A stretch of 64,000 nucleotides of DNA from a virus, in the IMG/VR virus record IMGVR_UViG_3300044631_000551, positions 1 to 64,000 of that record; one strand, written 5' to 3'. Below are positions 8,384-17,506 of the stretch, piece after piece. The notes beneath the pieces were generated by a model, which saw only the letters and a program-made list of their open reading frames with translations, had not been told where the DNA came from and did not search any database. Both the position numbers and the translations under genes were made by a program. How positions within the stretch are numbered: position 1 is the stretch's first letter; each line of letters opens with the position of its first letter.

Positions 8384-11300
8384 TTACGTGCTTCTAGAAG
8401 TTTCAAAGCTGGTTGTTGTATCATATGTGGTTGTAGTAGACTTATTCGTATCGAACGTAGTCGTTTTACTTGTAGCAAAAGTCGTAGTCTTCGACGTATC
8501 AGTATTAAACACAGTGTTGGTTAAGAACACAGTGGATGTTGCAAACGTCGTTGTATATGTTGTATCAAATACGGTAGAAGTTGATTTGCTGGTTTCTTTG
8601 TTGGTATCAATCGTGGTATCACGGCTGGTACTGGTTGCAACAATAGTCGTTGTTTGGAATATAGTAGAAGTTCCAAACGTCGTAGTATATGTAGTCGTCG
8701 TATCAAACACACTAGTTGTTGATTTGCTTGTAGCAGTCAAGAAGTTAGTCGATCTACTTGTACCAATAGTTGTCGCGCGAGTAGTGTTCGTTCCAAATGC
8801 AGTTTCAGTACCAAACGTCGTAGTTGTATTTAAGCCAGTGTCAAAGATAGTATCGTAGGCTGTGGCAGTTGACTTACTGGTTGACGTAGCCTTCGAGGTA
8901 TCAGTAGATTTACTGGTTGACACGGTTGTATCAGTTGCTTTATTAGTATCAAACGTTGTATTAAACGCAGTAGTCGTACCAAAAGCAGTTGATTTAGAAG
9001 TTACAGTTGCTATATTTGTAGACTTAGTTGTATCTGTTGCTTTACTGGTTGATGCAGTCGTGTCAGTTGCTTTGTTCGTAGCAAAGAAGGTCGCATACGT
9101 CGTGGTTGTTCCAAACGTTGTAGTTTTAGAAGTATCAAACGTTGTATCAAATACGGTAGTTGTACCGAACGTTGTAGTTTTAGAAGTATCAAACGTTGTA
9201 TCAAACGTGGTAGTGGTAGCAAAAGAAGTAGTTTTGCTGGTATCAGTTGACTTGCTAGTAGAAACAGTAGTGTCCGTCGACTTGCTTGTGTTAAATGCAG
9301 TCGTGTAGGCAGTCGTTGTTCCAAACGTTGTAGTTCTAGAAGTGTCCGTTGTTTTACTTGTAGACCCAGTTGTATCAGTAGACCTGCTGGTGCTTACGGT
9401 TGTGTCGGTTGCTTTGCTTGTGTTAAAGACTGTGGTGTAAGCTGTAGTGGTATCAAACGTCGTGGTTCTGGAAGTATCAAACGTCGTATTAAACGTTGTA
9501 GTTGTACCGAACGTTGTAGTTTTACTTGTAGCAAACGTAGTATTAAACGTCGTTGTAGTAGCATACACAGTGGTCTTTGACGTATTAAACGTTGTGTTAA
9601 ATGTAGTAGTTGTAGCAAATATCGTCGTGGTTCCACGAGAAGTATCAGTAACTCGGGAAGTAGAACCAGTTGTATCAAACGTCGTATTAAACGTTGTGGT
9701 TGTGCCATACGTTGTAGTACGAGAAGTATCGGTTGCTCTAGAGGTAGAAAGCGTTGTGTCTTTTTCAGCAGTGCTGAGTGTAATTACGACACCTCTAGTT
9801 AAGTTTTTATTTCCCGCATCATTTTGTCCTATACGAACGTTGATATATCCTTGGGCAGATAAAAATGGCATTTCTTGATATTTTACTGCTGTTCTACTGT
9901 TAGTAAATTCGCCTTGTGTTACATCTACACCACCTGCAAATCCTAAAAAGTTTCTTGTTCCTGGCAACGCAGACGCGCCATAAAAACCAAAAACAATAGA
10001 TTGTGAACTGTCAACAGTTACAGCGTTATTTGCTGGTGCCGTGTCTATTGGGTTTGCGGTTGTTCCGACAAAAGAGGTAGTAACACCTGTAATTCTAACA
10101 CCTACGCCACCAGTAATCAATACTAATATTTTATCGTTTTGTGTCGCAGCGTTAATACCAGTAACTGTTGCGCCAATATCACCAGACGCCAGTACCTTAT
10201 AAGAACAGTTAAACGCAGCACGACCTGTACCAGCAGTGTTATTTGCAGTGTTTGCGATATTAGTCCAGTTTGTAGGTAAGACGTTTGTAACAGAAGTTGT
10301 TGTTGAGTTATAACCAAAGTCAAACAAGACAGCAACTTGTCCAACAGCTGCGGTGCCTGGAATTGCAATAGTTGAACCTGTAGATGTGGTACCACTATCA
10401 ACCGAAAATATTGACGTTGCAGTAAATGCTGTAATATACGTCGTATTAAATGTTGTGGTTGTAGCATACGTAGTCGTTCTGCTTGTATCAGTTGCTCTGC
10501 TTGTTGAACCAGTTGTATTAAATGTGGTACTAAATGTCGTTGTAGTACCAAATATCGTCGTTGTTCCACGAGAAGTATCAGTGGCTCGAGAAGTAGAACC
10601 AGTCGTATCGTAGGTTGTAGTCTTGCTTGTATCGGTTGCTTTACTGGTAGAACCAGTTGTATCAAATGTAGTTGTTCTGCTAGTGTCTGTTGTCTTTGAA
10701 GTAGAACCAGTCGTAGCATAAGATGTTAATCTTGAAGTTGCTGTCGCCTTAGAAGTACCTTGCGAAGTTTCAAATGTTGTTGTAGTTGCGTATGACGTAT
10801 TAAACGTGGTCGTCGTAGCAAATATTGTATTAAACGTAGTTGTTGTACCGAACGTCGTTGTACGAGAAGTATCAGTGGTTTTACTTGTACCTTGTGTGGT
10901 ATCAAAATTAGTTGTGGTCGCATACGAAGTATTGAATATCGTAGTCGTAGCAAACACTGTCGATCGGCTTGTGTCAGTAGCTTTGCTCGTGGAACCAGTT
11001 GTATTAAACATCGTTGTTCTGCTAGTGTCAGTGACTTTACTAGTAGAACCAGTTGTATTGAACGTTGTTGTTTTGCTTGTGTCGGTGGTCTTGGTCGTAT
11101 CTTGAGAAGTATCAAACACAGTAGTCGTAGCAAACGTAGTGTTAAACGTCGTTGTTGTAGCAAATGCTGTATCAAATACAGTAGTCGTAGCAAATGTAGT
11201 CGTTATAGTAGTATCGGTAGTTCTAGACGTTCCTTGCGACGTATTAAACACAGTCGTTGTTGCGTACGAAGTATTAAACGTCGTTGTCGTAGCAAATGTA

Positions 11301-11992
11301 GTCGTAGTATCGAATACAGTAGAAGTTGCTCTTGAAGTCGCAAAATTAGTAGTGACTAGAGTGTTCGTACTTCTGGTTGTCTGTGTTGTAATAACTGTAT
11401 CGGTTGTGAACGTCGTAATGTAAGTTGTTTCAAAACTAGTAACAAACGTGGTCGTAGTATCAAATACAGTAGTCGTTGACTTAGAAGTAGCAGTAACATT
11501 AGAAGTCGATGCAGTGGTATCGGTAGTTCTACTAGTATTAGTTAAGAACGCAGTATCTGTATTAAACGTTGTAACAAACGTCGTAGCGAAAACGGTATTA
11601 AACGCAGTAGTTGTTGACTTGCTTGTAGAAGCAGTAGTCAATCTATTTGTGTCGGTCAATCTTGATGTAGCAGTATCAAGATTAGTTAGTGTAGCATAAA
11701 CAGTTGTTTTGCTAGTATCAAACGTCGTGGTTTGACTTGTCTCAAATACCGTAGTTGTAGATTTAGTAGTACCAGTTGCACGCGACGTTTCAAAGACAGT
11801 AGCAACTCCAGCAGAAGCGCCATAGAAGTCAGAAAACTTAATAGTTCCAGATGTAGGAATCGCAGCATTAATCAGTGTGTTAGCCACAAACACACCACCA
11901 CGATAATACTCAGAAATTGAGTGTGGTGCTGTACCGCCAAACTCTAGGGCGATGCTTGATAAACTAATTGTGCCAGAAAACGGCAATGGCAT
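8384..11992 (-). CDS. 1202-aa Thr-rich virion protein: fibre-tip attachment N-terminus, two mirror-complementary Thr arms, central globular domain
   Basis: N-terminal SGTISLSSIALEFGG..SISEYYRGG..PTSGTIKFSDFYG motif, typical of genes following S74-chaperone fibres; TTTF/TSK repeats flank a ~220-aa beta-rich domain. Confidence 0.85.
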   Translation of the reverse strand: MPLPFSGTISLSSIALEFGGTAPHSISEYYRGGVFVANTLINAAIPTSGTIKFSDFYGASAGVATVFETSRATGTTKSTTTVFETSQTTTFDTSKTTVYATLTNLDTATSRLTDTNRLTTASTSKSTTTAFNTVFATTFVTTFNTDTAFLTNTSRTTDTTASTSNVTATSKSTTTVFDTTTTFVTSFETTYITTFTTDTVITTQTTRSTNTLVTTNFATSRATSTVFDTTTTFATTTTFNTSYATTTVFNTSQGTSRTTDTTITTTFATTTVFDTAFATTTTFNTTFATTTVFDTSQDTTKTTDTSKTTTFNTTGSTSKVTDTSRTTMFNTTGSTSKATDTSRSTVFATTTIFNTSYATTTNFDTTQGTSKTTDTSRTTTFGTTTTFNTIFATTTTFNTSYATTTTFETSQGTSKATATSRLTSYATTGSTSKTTDTSRTTTFDTTGSTSKATDTSKTTTYDTTGSTSRATDTSRGTTTIFGTTTTFSTTFNTTGSTSRATDTSRTTTYATTTTFNTTYITAFTATSIFSVDSGTTSTGSTIAIPGTAAVGQVAVLFDFGYNSTTTSVTNVLPTNWTNIANTANNTAGTGRAAFNCSYKVLASGDIGATVTGINAATQNDKILVLITGGVGVRITGVTTSFVGTTANPIDTAPANNAVTVDSSQSIVFGFYGASALPGTRNFLGFAGGVDVTQGEFTNSRTAVKYQEMPFLSAQGYINVRIGQNDAGNKNLTRGVVITLSTAEKDTTLSTSRATDTSRTTTYGTTTTFNTTFDTTGSTSRVTDTSRGTTTIFATTTTFNTTFNTSKTTVYATTTTFNTTFATSKTTTFGTTTTFNTTFDTSRTTTFDTTTAYTTVFNTSKATDTTVSTSRSTDTTGSTSKTTDTSRTTTFGTTTAYTTAFNTSKSTDTTVSTSKSTDTSKTTSFATTTTFDTTFDTSKTTTFGTTTVFDTTFDTSKTTTFGTTTTYATFFATNKATDTTASTSKATDTTKSTNIATVTSKSTAFGTTTAFNTTFDTNKATDTTVSTSKSTDTSKATSTSKSTATAYDTIFDTGLNTTTTFGTETAFGTNTTRATTIGTSRSTNFLTATSKSTTSVFDTTTTYTTTFGTSTIFQTTTIVATSTSRDTTIDTNKETSKSTSTVFDTTYTTTFATSTVFLTNTVFNTDTSKTTTFATSKTTTFDTNKSTTTTYDTTTSFETSRST

Positions 11993-11994
11993 TA

Positions 11995-13659
11995 TTAATC
12001 CTTACTGAGTTGTGCTTTCAACTCATCAATTTGAATCTGTTGTTCTTTAATTGCTTCAATTAAAAGTGGAATTAATCTCTCATATTTAACCGTCATATAT
12101 TTGTTATCAATTGGTGCAGGTGCTACGACTTCTGGCATAATAGCATTTACTTCTTGCGCAGAAACACCGACATGCATTTCTTTTTGATAGCCGAGATCTT
12201 GAGCTGTAATGTTTGGTTCGTAATAGAAACCATTTAATGATTTAACTTTTTCTATCGCGTTTGAAATGTTTGAGTATCTATCTTTTAGTCGGTCGTCTGA
12301 GAAGAATGCTGTAATGTCGCCTGTGGCTGTAATGGCAGTCTGTACAGCAAACGATGAAGTATTGCTATTGCTTACAGTAGACCATATTGCGCGCTCGGCT
12401 CCAGTTGTAGAAGCAACATAAAATACGAAGTTGTCATCAGATTGATGAACTAGCCTTGCTCCATTACCAGCAGTAGGATTATTAAAAACAATTCGTTTAT
12501 CATTAGCGATTGTCAATATATCATTAATTTTTGTATTAGATAGACTTACATTTGATGTATATGTTAATGCAGTTCCGTTGTAACCAAATGTTGATGGTGC
12601 TGTACCAAACTTAATAAACCCCAAGCTAGAGTTTTGTTGACCTTTTAGACCTACAGTATCAGCAAGGTTGACATCACCTAACCAAGCATCATCACCAATT
12701 CTATAGTTTGTTCCGTTTCCGTTGTTTGCTGCAGTGTAATAATCTGCAGATACAATACCAGATACGTTAGCAAACCCAGTGACGGTTGTATTGCCAGCGG
12801 CAAGCGTACCTGTTACGTTAGCAAAACCAGTTATAGTCGTGTTACTAAGTGTAGAACTTGTCGCTAATACTACACTTCCAGTACCAGTGACACTTGAGAA
12901 ACCAACAAACTCTGCATTCCAACCAGCTGCACCGTTACCAGCCGTAAGATCAATGGAAGTACATAATGCAACCGTGCCTGGAAGAACTGTAATTACAGTA
13001 GCAGCGTTGGCTGCTCTTACTTCAACGTTGCCGGTCGAATTGTTGACAATTAGGAATCCTTGACCTAATGTCATTGTTTGTGGAGCAGGTAACGACAATA
13101 CTTGAGTCGTCGTACCCGTAAAGAACTGCATGTAGTTACTTGATGAAGTTAGTACAGTTGTACCAGCCGCAGTTGCAGTCGTACTGTAACCGTGCTTAAT
13201 ATTGTTAAATATTGGATTAGTGGTATTTAATGTTCCTGAAATAGTAACATTTGATGTAATCGATGTATTAGTACTGGTAATATGAGTATTAGTACCAGAT
13301 AGAGTCGCGTTGCTAGTTATCGTAACCACACCACCTAAGTTAGTCGTACCTGTTACTGATAGAGCGTGAGCAGGAGTTGTGTTGCCTATACCAACGCGAT
13401 TATTAGTACCGTCAACAAATAGAACACCGCTGTCAAAGTTTGCATTACCACTAGTTTGTGTAAATGCGGTTCCGACAACCATACTTGCAAGGTTCGCGCC
13501 AATTTCAAATGTCGCTGAACCATTGGAAGACAACAGTTTCCTGTCGGTAAGGTTGATTGCTAATTCACCTGCGGCGATGTACGAGGTGTTAGATACGTTG
13601 CTTACGTTGGGTAGTAAGCCAGTGGTAGTTGTTCGTTTAATTTGAAATCTATTTGGCAT
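11995..13659 (-). CDS. Tail fibre with C-terminal peptidase S74 intramolecular chaperone
   Basis: FSDDRLKD...GVSAQEV..IMPEVV...VKYERLIPLLIEAIKEQ; N-terminal FQIKR...GELAINLTD docking-type motif. Confidence 0.88.
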   Translation of the reverse strand: MPNRFQIKRTTTTGLLPNVSNVSNTSYIAAGELAINLTDRKLLSSNGSATFEIGANLASMVVGTAFTQTSGNANFDSGVLFVDGTNNRVGIGNTTPAHALSVTGTTNLGGVVTITSNATLSGTNTHITSTNTSITSNVTISGTLNTTNPIFNNIKHGYSTTATAAGTTVLTSSSNYMQFFTGTTTQVLSLPAPQTMTLGQGFLIVNNSTGNVEVRAANAATVITVLPGTVALCTSIDLTAGNGAAGWNAEFVGFSSVTGTGSVVLATSSTLSNTTITGFANVTGTLAAGNTTVTGFANVSGIVSADYYTAANNGNGTNYRIGDDAWLGDVNLADTVGLKGQQNSSLGFIKFGTAPSTFGYNGTALTYTSNVSLSNTKINDILTIANDKRIVFNNPTAGNGARLVHQSDDNFVFYVASTTGAERAIWSTVSNSNTSSFAVQTAITATGDITAFFSDDRLKDRYSNISNAIEKVKSLNGFYYEPNITAQDLGYQKEMHVGVSAQEVNAIMPEVVAPAPIDNKYMTVKYERLIPLLIEAIKEQQIQIDELKAQLSKD

Positions 13660-13675
13660 TTGCCTATCTCCTTAT

Positions 13676-13717
13676 GTCAGTATTTACTGACGGATTTTGT
13701 ACTGAGTATCTACTCAG
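13676..13717 (-). promoter_or_regulatory. Two tandem palindromes/hairpins in the 5' leader of the fibre gene
   Basis: gtcagta-tt-tactgac (13676-13691) and ctgagta-tc-tactcag (13702-13717), between the late promoter and the RBS. Confidence 0.6.
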
Positions 13718-13720
13718 ATC

Positions 13721-13728
13721 TATTTATA
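13721..13728 (-). promoter_or_regulatory. T4-type late promoter TATAAATA
   Basis: Exact consensus overlapping the upstream stop codon, ~60 nt before the fibre gene. Confidence 0.75.
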
Positions 13729-14941
13729 TTGATGCTTGTGTTACAGTTAAAATAACGCTAGGAATAGCAGGACAAAATGCGGTAGCAGAAAACGCTGTAA
13801 TTGATATTGTATTTGAACCTTGTGACGCAGCCCACATTAGTTGAAAGTCATTGTTTGCCTGCATAGAAACAATAAAGTTCCAAGCCGCAACAACATATGT
13901 TGTCGAATCAGTAATACTAATTCTGGTAGCAGAGTTAGGAATATCAACATTATCTTTTCTTGGCCAAATCCATATGTCACGAGTTTGGTTGGTCGTCGAA
14001 CTAAACTGAAGCGAAAATTGATAGTTGTATAAACCAGATATTGCTGCAACTATTGCGTTGTTGCTTCCAGAATATCTGCTTGCTACAGAATGGCCAGCAG
14101 CAAAATCTGTGGTATTAAACTTAATAGGATAAGCAGTATTTGCTGTCACAGCAGATTGCGTAGTTGTGTCAGAAAACGATCCATATCTTAGTTTGGTAAT
14201 AGTTGGTGTGTTGATTAAAATAATACCATCAGTTGTTCCAACTTTGGTAACAGTTCCAATGAATATAGGTTGGTTTGGCGGAGATGGTTTTATACTTGTT
14301 AATCCACCAGCAACAGTAGGAGAAATAAACAACTCAGTGCCAATAACCCATGTTTCAGAATAAGGGCTTCCTGTTGTGTTTAATCCTCTAATCTTACCAA
14401 ATTTTGTAGCACGACCAAGTGCACCGTTAGCAACTGATTCAGTGCATACTCCGATAACATGTAATGAATCTGCTGAAGAGTTCGCTGTGAATAATGCTAC
14501 TGTTGGATTGCCGTCACCATTAGCGCCGATAACTTCAAGAACAGTTCCATCTACAATCGTAGCACCTGTGGTATTTCTAAAGAGAGTCATGTGCTCTAAA
14601 CCAACTTGCAACGTTGTATCATTTTGATGTATGTCAAGGCACTGTTCGACGGGATTCCATGTCATCAATCCTTCTTGTGGTGTAGGAATTAAAGGTTCTA
14701 CAACAGGATTATCTATCTCAAATCTAATTCCTCTGACAGTATTAATCTCGTTACCAATTGATATACTGCCGCCAATTGTAACATTGCCAGAAATATTCGC
14801 TCCAACTTCAAACACATTACTTGAGTTCGAGATATACATTTTACCATCATGTGTGTTGATGCCGATGTCGCCGTCAGTACTTAATGTGAAAGTATTGGGG
14901 ACACGACCAGCAACAGATGTTTTCTTGATATTAGTAGCCAT
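13724..14941 (-). CDS. Fibre/virion decoration protein
   Basis: N-terminal IKK..AGRVP...GDIGINTHDGKMY docking-type motif; C-terminal beta-sandwich (AYPIKFNTTD...GLYNYQFSLQF, C1q/BclA-like). Confidence 0.7.
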   Translation of the reverse strand: MATNIKKTSVAGRVPNTFTLSTDGDIGINTHDGKMYISNSSNVFEVGANISGNVTIGGSISIGNEINTVRGIRFEIDNPVVEPLIPTPQEGLMTWNPVEQCLDIHQNDTTLQVGLEHMTLFRNTTGATIVDGTVLEVIGANGDGNPTVALFTANSSADSLHVIGVCTESVANGALGRATKFGKIRGLNTTGSPYSETWVIGTELFISPTVAGGLTSIKPSPPNQPIFIGTVTKVGTTDGIILINTPTITKLRYGSFSDTTTQSAVTANTAYPIKFNTTDFAAGHSVASRYSGSNNAIVAAISGLYNYQFSLQFSSTTNQTRDIWIWPRKDNVDIPNSATRISITDSTTYVVAAWNFIVSMQANNDFQLMWAASQGSNTISITAFSATAFCPAIPSVILTVTQASI

Positions 14942-14946
14942 ACATT

Positions 14947-14954
14947 TATTTATA
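14947..14954 (-). promoter_or_regulatory. T4-type late promoter TATAAATA
   Basis: Exact consensus just after a terminator and 5 nt before the ATG at 14941. Confidence 0.75.
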
Positions 14955-14958
14955 CTCT

Positions 14959-14984
14959 AAAAAGAAGCCCACCGAAGTGGGCTT
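14959..14984 (-). terminator. Rho-independent terminator with cUUCGg tetraloop
   Basis: AAGCCCAC-TTCG-GTGGGCTT followed by CTTTTT on the minus strand. Confidence 0.88.
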
Positions 14985-14988
14985 TAAG

Positions 14989-15165
14989 TTATTCTGCGAT
15001 TTTCTTATTCTTAGCTTCCAGCTTTTGTAGCTTCGCAGTTGCTTCCTCTAATTGTTTTGACATTAGATCGAGCTGGCTCTTAGTGATTAGATGTTTTGAA
15101 ATCTCATCAAAAAGAGCCTGTTTGATATTCTCAATATACACATTTACAAATACTGCTTCACTCAT
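14989..15165 (-). CDS. Small coiled-coil protein (58 aa, MSEAVFVNVYIENIKQALFDEISK...)
   Basis: Not in ORF track; GAGG RBS; fills the gap before the terminator. Confidence 0.7.
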   Translation of the reverse strand: MSEAVFVNVYIENIKQALFDEISKHLITKSQLDLMSKQLEEATAKLQKLEAKNKKIAE

Positions 15166-15183
15166 AATAACCTCGTTTTAATT

Positions 15184-16902
15184 TTAGAATGTACCGCCAT
15201 CCAAGTCAGCATAGACTACAGAAGTACCGTTAGATTGCAGAACCTTGCCGTCTGTGCCAACTGTTAGTTTTGCCAAAGTATTACCAGCGCCACCAATTAA
15301 CAAATCACCAACTGCATAAGTTGACTGACCTGTACCACCAGAAGTTGCTGGTAGAGCAGTTGACAAGCTCAATGTATTAGCTGTTAGTGCAACCGAAACA
15401 GTTGAGTTAGCAGTAATATTTACAGCACTTGAGTTAGCAACCAACGCACCAGTATTTAAGAACGATTGTAGCGTTGCGAACCCGAAGTTTACATTAGCAG
15501 TATCAACAGTTGTACTTGGTTCTGGAATTTGACCAGCGAATAATTTGAAGACGCCATCGCTTGCGTCACGGAATAGACCAGAGTACGAAGTAGCTGATGC
15601 ATTACCGAATGTACCATAGAAACCGATGTCAAGCGTATTGGCGGTAGTTTGACCACGAGCCAACGAGATGATAGAGTCAGTTACAGATAGGTTTGTAGTA
15701 TCAACAGTTGTTAGCGTACCATTGATATCAAGATTACCAGATAGAGTTAGACTTGTAATAGATAGATCGGTATTAACATGAATACCTGTCGTGTTTACAG
15801 TTAGAGTTGAACCAGTTGTTACACCGACCGCATCAGCTGAAACAGAAATACCATTAGCAGCAACAACGTGAACACCAGTTGCGTTAGCAACAAGACCATC
15901 ACCAGCTGTTACATTAATACCCGAAGCGTCAACCGAAATACCGTTAGCAGCATCAGCGAATACACCGCTAGAGTTAGCGATAATACCGTTGTTTGCTACG
16001 ACAGCGATTGTTGCAGCGCCACCTTCTCCTGAAGAGGAACCAGAAATACCAACGCCAGCTGAAATAGTAGCAACGTAGTCACCAGATGTACCTGAACCGA
16101 GAGCAACGTCGCCTGAAAGTTGCGATGTAGCAATAGAAAGGTTGGCGGTATTAACAAACACACCAGTTGCGTTTACAGTTAGAGTACCGTCACCGCGAAG
16201 AACGTTAATACCTGAACCATCAACCGAAATACCGTTAGCAGCATCAGCGAATACACCGCTTGTGTTAGCGATAATACCGTTGTTAGCATTAACAGCAACA
16301 GCGTCAGCAGCGACTGAAATACCAGCGCCAGCACCAACATTAAGTGTTACACTACCAGAAGAACCACCATCAGTTAAACCGTTACCAGCAACAACTTCAG
16401 TAATATCACCAGATGTACCAGTAATTAAAATTGCGGTAGAGTTAGAAGAAACAGTAACACCGTTGGCACCGATAAAGAATACATCATCGTTTGCGCCAGA
16501 AGATGGGTCTAATTGTAGAATACCTTTGTTAGCTTCGGTGTTAGCAACAGCAAGCAGGTCATAAGATACACCTTCATTTGGTGTCAACCAGTAAACTGCT
16601 GAACCATTTGAATGAAGAACAGCACCATCAGCACCAAGCGAACCATTAGCAAAGATAGCTGTTGGTTGTAGGTTAGCAACGATAACTTTATCAATACCGC
16701 TTGTGGCGTTAGCAACAAGAGCTTGGTTAGCAGTTAGTGTACCAGGAACGCGGCGACCACCGATAGCGATGCTACCAGTAGAACCGTCTGGGTGACCTAA
16801 GAATAGTATTTCACCATTCGAGGTATACGCAAGTTCACCATTGGCCAACCCAGCTGGAGCAGCGTTGGTGGTACTGCGTTTAATTTGAATTTTATTGGCC
16901 AT
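15184..16902 (-). CDS. Fibre protein with internal Gly/Ala/Val repeats
   Basis: IQIKRS...GELAY N-terminus; repeated ANNGIIANxSGVFADAANGISVD; C-terminal LDGGTF. Confidence 0.78.
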   Translation of the reverse strand: MANKIQIKRSTTNAAPAGLANGELAYTSNGEILFLGHPDGSTGSIAIGGRRVPGTLTANQALVANATSGIDKVIVANLQPTAIFANGSLGADGAVLHSNGSAVYWLTPNEGVSYDLLAVANTEANKGILQLDPSSGANDDVFFIGANGVTVSSNSTAILITGTSGDITEVVAGNGLTDGGSSGSVTLNVGAGAGISVAADAVAVNANNGIIANTSGVFADAANGISVDGSGINVLRGDGTLTVNATGVFVNTANLSIATSQLSGDVALGSGTSGDYVATISAGVGISGSSSGEGGAATIAVVANNGIIANSSGVFADAANGISVDASGINVTAGDGLVANATGVHVVAANGISVSADAVGVTTGSTLTVNTTGIHVNTDLSITSLTLSGNLDINGTLTTVDTTNLSVTDSIISLARGQTTANTLDIGFYGTFGNASATSYSGLFRDASDGVFKLFAGQIPEPSTTVDTANVNFGFATLQSFLNTGALVANSSAVNITANSTVSVALTANTLSLSTALPATSGGTGQSTYAVGDLLIGGAGNTLAKLTVGTDGKVLQSNGTSVVYADLDGGTF

Positions 16903-16903
16903 T

Positions 16904-17164
16904 TTAGAATGAACCTCCGTCTAGGTTTAATTGTTCGACCACATATGTGTCGTTTGCAGAATAATAAACTAATGTGGAATTGTTCGCAGGGGTTGATTCT
17001 ACCACATCAACCAATGAATCTAATCTTGTAACTGCAGAAGTAACACCCGCAGCAGAAGTAACAGTAACAGCGTCAGCCTGTGTAGAAGGCTTAATTGAAC
17101 CGCTTGTTTCAACAACCTTTAGACTAAGAGCGTTTCGATTGTTAGCTTTCACTACCGTAACCAT
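16904..17164 (-). CDS. Small virion protein ending LDGGSF
   Basis: LDSLVDV..NNSTLVY and C-terminal LDGGSF, shared with the neighbouring fibre. Confidence 0.65.
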   Translation of the reverse strand: MVTVVKANNRNALSLKVVETSGSIKPSTQADAVTVTSAAGVTSAVTRLDSLVDVVESTPANNSTLVYYSANDTYVVEQLNLDGGSF

Positions 17165-17170
17165 ATTTAG

Positions 17171-17497
17171 TTATCTCGTAACTTCAGGGTTGATAGTAAC
17201 AATGCCTTCAACGATTCGAGAAACGACATTGCCAGAAGAAACCAATTCTAAATCCCATACGTATCTACCACCAGTAATGTTTGCGCTTGTAGCAGCATTC
17301 ATAGAAATGGTAATTACACCATTTGCAGCACCAGTGACAGTGAACGAATTATAGGTTGTAGAGGTGTAGTGCTTGCGCATCTGCGAACGACCTGTGTAAG
17401 TCGTTAGATTAATTGGAGTACCAGCATCATCTGCAACTTCAATCGTTGTCGCGAAGTCGGTGCCTTGGTCAATGAATAGATTTAGTTTGGTTGCCAT
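17171..17497 (-). CDS. Conserved small virion structural protein (BppU-N-like adaptor)
   Basis: NLFIDQGTDF...INLT.YTGRSQMRKHY...GRYVWDLEL...RIVEGIVTINPEVT pattern. Confidence 0.75.
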   Translation of the reverse strand: MATKLNLFIDQGTDFATTIEVADDAGTPINLTTYTGRSQMRKHYTSTTYNSFTVTGAANGVITISMNAATSANITGGRYVWDLELVSSGNVVSRIVEGIVTINPEVTR

Positions 17498-17506
17498 AAG
17501 ATAGCC

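Noticed and set aside
8298-11920. Many plus-strand Val-rich ORFs (also at 29593-33762) and Leu/Gln/Arg-rich alternate-frame ORFs
   Set aside because: They are shadows of ACN Thr codons (antisense GTN = Val) in the real minus-strand genes
8384-11992. DNA-level inverted repeat as the cause of the arm symmetry (TTT Phe versus AAA Lys is suggestive)
   Set aside because: Both arms are Thr (ACN)-rich on the same strand; a DNA inverted repeat would make one arm Val/Ser/Cys-rich. The symmetry exists only at protein level
11995-16902. Diversity-generating retroelement suggested by Mtd-like fibre N-termini
   Set aside because: No reverse transcriptase and no template/variable repeat pair differing at adenines seen in this window
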